Source: an uncultured Verrucomicrobiota bacterium (GTDB lineage Bacteria; Verrucomicrobiota; Verrucomicrobiia; Limisphaerales; UBA9464). From it: a stretch of 64,000 nucleotides of DNA. This document shows, piece by piece, positions 60,564-64,000 of this stretch. Position numbers and translations under genes: made by a program. The stretch is taken from contig CAJAHH010000008.1 in NCBI GenBank assembly GCA_903939515.1, positions 84 through 64,083 on the forward strand, read 5' to 3'. Position 1 is the first letter of the stretch, and each line of letters begins with the position of its first letter. The notes below the pieces were generated by a model, which saw nothing but the letters and a program-made list of their open reading frames with translations, was not told the origin of the DNA and did not search any database.

Positions 60564-61276
60564 GCGTTCGAAAGCAATGACCGGATTTCGGTCGGCGTCA
60601 ATGCGCGCCACTTGCCCAGCGGTAATTCTCCCAGTTTGATCGGTCCGATCTGAGTCCGTCGCAGCTCAACGACCGTGTGCCCCAAGACCTCAAAGAGACG
60701 GCGAATTTCCCGATTCTTGCCTTGAGCCAACTCCAACTCCACAACGCTGTGGGAGTTGTTGGCATCGACCAATCGAATGCGTTCAACCTTCAGCATCTCA
60801 CCCTCGTCCTCAACGCCCTGAGTGAAACGGGTCAGCTGTGAGGATTCCAATCGCCCCTCGACGACCGCCACATACTTTTTACGCACCCCGTACCGCGGGT
60901 GGGTCAGTTTCAGCGAGAAATCACCGTCATTGGTGAGGAAGATGAGCCCCTGACTATCTCGGTCCAACCGCCCCACAGTGAATAGATTGGACCACTCGGC
61001 CGGCAGAAGGTGGGAGACGACACGGCGCGTTTCCGGATCGATTCGGGTACAAATGAAGCCGGGCGGCTTATTCAGCGCGATGTAGAGCTTCTTGCGGGTG
61101 CGCACTGGCGCCCCCTCCACCGAGACCGCGTCGTGGAGCGGGTCTACCTTGGACCCCAACTCGGTCACCACGCGACCGTTGATCGTCACCACGCCGCGGA
61201 TAATCAACTTTTCGGAGGCGCGCCGCGAGGCGACACCGGCATCGGCAAGGAACTTCTGAAGTCGGACAGTGGACAT
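60560..61276 (-). CDS. rluB: RsuA/RluB-family rRNA pseudouridine synthase
   Basis: S4 domain RLQKFLADAGVASRR, LNKPPG, catalytic VGRLD, GKNREIRR. Confidence 0.85.
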   Translation of the reverse strand: MSTVRLQKFLADAGVASRRASEKLIIRGVVTINGRVVTELGSKVDPLHDAVSVEGAPVRTRKKLYIALNKPPGFICTRIDPETRRVVSHLLPAEWSNLFTVGRLDRDSQGLIFLTNDGDFSLKLTHPRYGVRKKYVAVVEGRLESSQLTRFTQGVEDEGEMLKVERIRLVDANNSHSVVELELAQGKNREIRRLFEVLGHTVVELRRTQIGPIKLGELPLGKWRALTPTEIRSLLSNA

Positions 61277-61294
61277 GGGATGGGGGAAAATCGC

Positions 61295-61337
61295 GACGCC
61301 GATTGCGGGTTAAATTGAATCACCCACAACCGGCGTC
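61295..61337 (-). other. 16-bp RNA hairpin with G-U pairs (terminator/attenuator-like)
   Basis: Minus strand GACGCCGGTTGTGGGT-loop-ACCCGCAATCGGCGTC pairs fully only on this strand. Confidence 0.6.
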
Positions 61338-61431
61338 ATTGGAGTTTGAGTCCGTGATTCTATACGTCAGCCCGACCCATTGGAGCCTGCGTTGAAGACG
61401 CAGGGGCTCTCCGGCCGGGCAGGCCGCACGA

Positions 61432-61587
61432 TCACTCGGGCGGACGAGTCTTGCGCAGACCGGTCACGCGATCGCCTTCCTTCCATTGGGAACGGCCCTT
61501 GAGAACGGCGACGCGCTCGAAGCGCTTGAGGACATTACGTTTGGCCCCGGTGGACCCGGAGGCGCGTAGGCTGTTGTGCTGCGACAT
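61432..61587 (-). CDS. PVC-superphylum signature small basic protein (51 aa)
   Basis: Manual translation MSQHNSLRASGSTGAKRNVLKRFERVAVLKGRSQWKEGDRVTGLRKTRPPE; RNVLKRxER..W..G...GL.K pattern. Below the ORF-track size cutoff. Confidence 0.88.
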   Translation of the reverse strand: MSQHNSLRASGSTGAKRNVLKRFERVAVLKGRSQWKEGDRVTGLRKTRPPE

Positions 61588-61786
61588 AAAATCGAATGTT
61601 CCGCTTAGGACGATGAAGGTCCCTCGAATGGACCGACCGCCACCAGCGAGCCAGTGGTTGTAGCGGGAGGCGTGAGAGATGCAAATCGGATTTTTCAGAG
61701 AAATCGTATTTACCTCCCGTCACCTTCCTTGTTTGCCCTCACTTTCCGCATGCATTCCCAGCCATTCCAGGGAGAGGGTGAAGCCC

Positions 61787-62761
61787 ATGCCGCTGGTAGC
61801 CCAATCAACTTTTCGACCCCTGATAGGGCTGGGAAACCCTCACCTGCAAACGCTCCTTCCGGCCATCGCGCGACACATACCTCCCCTGCCCTGGTCTCGG
61901 GAACGGTTGGAATTAATGGATGGGGATTTTCTTGATTTGGATTGGCTCAATCCTGGGCAAGGCCGATTACTCATCCTTTCTCACGGCCTGGAAGGAAACT
62001 CCCGCCGGCCCTACGTCGCCGGCCTAGCACGGGCTGCGGCCCGCCGAAATTGGTCGGTGCTGGCCTGGAACTTCCGAGGCTGCTCCGGAGAACTCAACCG
62101 CCTGCCGCGATTTTACCACAGTGGGGCTTCCGAAGACCTCGCTGCAGTCGTGAGCCACGCGGCACAGACCGGCCGATTCGAGGTCCTGGCGCTCGCTGGA
62201 TTCAGCCTCGGCGGTAATATGACGCTCAAATACTTGGGCGAACGCCACGCCTCAAGGGTGCCCGTGGCCGCCGGGGTTGCCCTTTCTACCCCGTGCGACC
62301 TGGCGGCGGCCTCGGCCGCGATGGAGACCCTCCGAGCCTGGCCCTACATGTCGCGATTCCAGAGGGACATCCTGCGCAAATGGACCCTCAAAAAAGCCCT
62401 GTTTCCGGGACTGATCCCGGAGATCAACCCCCGCTGCCAGCGAACTTTTCGCCAGATCGACGACACCTTCACCGCACCTCTCCACGGGTTCACCCATGCG
62501 GAGGCCTACTGGCAAGCCTGCTCGGCCAACGCCTTTCTGCCGTCGATCCGAGTGCCCGCCCTCATTCTGAATGCGGCGGACGACCCGTTCCTGGCCCCCA
62601 GCTGTTTCCCGCACGAATTCGCCAGTCAAAGCCCTTGGGTTCATTTGGAGGTTCCAAAGCACGGCGGTCACGTTGGGTTCATGGACCGCTGGGGATCCCG
62701 CTGCGATTTGTGGTCCGAAGTTCGGGCCCTCGAGTTTCTGGAGTCATTCTGCCCGATGTGA
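61787..62761 (+). CDS. YheT-family alpha/beta hydrolase
   Basis: NPHLQT, DGDFLDLDW, HGLEG, NFRGCSG, GFSLGGN, DDPF, GGHVGF. Confidence 0.9.
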   Translation: MPLVAQSTFRPLIGLGNPHLQTLLPAIARHIPPLPWSRERLELMDGDFLDLDWLNPGQGRLLILSHGLEGNSRRPYVAGLARAAARRNWSVLAWNFRGCSGELNRLPRFYHSGASEDLAAVVSHAAQTGRFEVLALAGFSLGGNMTLKYLGERHASRVPVAAGVALSTPCDLAAASAAMETLRAWPYMSRFQRDILRKWTLKKALFPGLIPEINPRCQRTFRQIDDTFTAPLHGFTHAEAYWQACSANAFLPSIRVPALILNAADDPFLAPSCFPHEFASQSPWVHLEVPKHGGHVGFMDRWGSRCDLWSEVRALEFLESFCPM

Positions 62762-62845
62762 ATCGGCCTCCATTCGGCGGTTGAACCGCGACGGGCCCCG
62801 CGATCGAGGGCTTGCCAATCCCTGTCCATCGTCCATCAACACGGT

Positions 62846-64000
62846 GTGCTTCACCGACTCGTCCTCGCGTTGTGCCTGTGGGTCAGCCCACTCCTGGCGG
62901 AAGACTGGCCCCGACTCCTGGGGCCACGGCTCAATGCTACCAGCTCCGAAAGCGGCCTCCTGCCCCGCATCCCCAGCAATGGCCCGCCCGTGCGCTGGGA
63001 CAAAGCCATCGGCACCGGATATGCGGCGCCGTCGATCGCCCAGGGGCGACTCTTTCTCTTTCACCGTCAGGGCAACCAAGAACTCACCGAGGCCTGGGAC
63101 GCCCAAACGGGCACCCCGATTTGGAAGCACACGCAACCCAGCGCGTACCGGGACCCCTATGGCTACAACAACGGACCTCGTTGCACACCGCTCCTTCATG
63201 ACAACCGGGTGTACACCTTTGGGGCTGAAGGGCTTTTGAGCTGCCTCGAGGCCGAGACTGGTAAACAGCTTTGGCAGCGCAACACGGCCGCAGAATTCGA
63301 GATTCCCGGGGCCTTCTTCGGTGTCGGCAGCACCCCTTTAATGGAGGGCGGGAAGCTGCTGGTCATGGTCGGCGGACAACCCAATGCCACGGTCATCGCG
63401 CTCGATCCGAAGACCGGGAAAACGCTCTGGGAATCAGTAGGCGAAAAAAATTGGACAGGCCAACCCATGCTCGGATGGCCCGGTGAGCGAACCGTCCAGT
63501 GGCGACGCTGGGAAAAGACCGCCAGCTACGCCTCCCTGATCGCCTCAGAAATTCACGGACGACGTGTCGTTCACGCCCTCACCCGCCAGGGACTCACGGT
63601 GCTCGACCCCAACGACGGCCAAGTACTCTTCAGCCGTTGGTTCCGCGCCCGAGCCGATGATTCCGTCAATGCCATGACCCCCTTGGTGATCGGGAATGAC
63701 GTACTTATCTCCAGCGCCTATTACCGTTCCGGGTCGGTGCTGCTGCGCGGAGGCTCCGGGGCCACGAACTTCACCGAAGTCTGGTCCGGCCTAGGATTGG
63801 AGATGCACTGGAGTCAACCCATCCGAGTCGGGGCTCATCTCTATGGCTTCAGCGGACGCAATGAGCCCGACGCGGTCTTGCGCTGTGTGGAGTACGAGAC
63901 CGGCACGATGGCTTGGGAACGCAGCGAACGCTGGCCACCCCACAGTGCCGAACAGCCCCCAGTCTTCGGCCGCGGCTCCTTCATTCTGGCCGAGGGCCGA
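62846..64000 (+). CDS. Secreted PQQ-like beta-propeller repeat protein (partial)
   Basis: Manual translation from GTG 62846: VLHRLVLALCLWVSPLLA-EDWPRLLGP...GPRCTP...LEAETGKQLW...LDPKTGKTLW; appears open to the window end, so absent from the ORF track. Confidence 0.85.
   Translation, partial: MLHRLVLALCLWVSPLLAEDWPRLLGPRLNATSSESGLLPRIPSNGPPVRWDKAIGTGYAAPSIAQGRLFLFHRQGNQELTEAWDAQTGTPIWKHTQPSAYRDPYGYNNGPRCTPLLHDNRVYTFGAEGLLSCLEAETGKQLWQRNTAAEFEIPGAFFGVGSTPLMEGGKLLVMVGGQPNATVIALDPKTGKTLWESVGEKNWTGQPMLGWPGERTVQWRRWEKTASYASLIASEIHGRRVVHALTRQGLTVLDPNDGQVLFSRWFRARADDSVNAMTPLVIGNDVLISSAYYRSGSVLLRGGSGATNFTEVWSGLGLEMHWSQPIRVGAHLYGFSGRNEPDAVLRCVEYETGTMAWERSERWPPHSAEQPPVFGRGSFILAEGR

Overview
GC-rich bacterial chromosome segment. 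The 16S signatures, a PVC-superphylum signature protein and a PEP-CTERM protein point to Verrucomicrobiota, most likely subdivision 3 (Pedosphaerales/Limisphaerales-like). The first ~415 bp are the AT-rich end of an integrated element: the start of a serine recombinase on the minus strand, missed by the ORF track, inserted into comM just before its Walker A motif. The rest is mostly core genome: argH, nadB, a minus-strand rRNA operon (16S, tRNA-Ala, tRNA-Ile, 23S, 5S), miaE, a beta-CASP nuclease, an OmpR-type two-component system with a divergent EF-hand protein, ABC transporters, an M13 peptidase, a 15-gene flagellar operon (flgB to fliN) with a sigma54-type promoter, glycosylation genes, HU, aguB, folD and a pseudouridine synthase. 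The best novelty candidates are: (1) a phosphonate operon phnA - HemL-like class III aminotransferase - phnY with no phnW in the window; (2) the recombinase element splitting comM; (3) an internal sigma54-type promoter in an 878-aa fliK; (4) a membrane protein with degenerate receiver and HPt domains; (5) a PEP-CTERM plus tandem-repeat surface protein pair. All calls come from reading motifs by eye; no searches were run.
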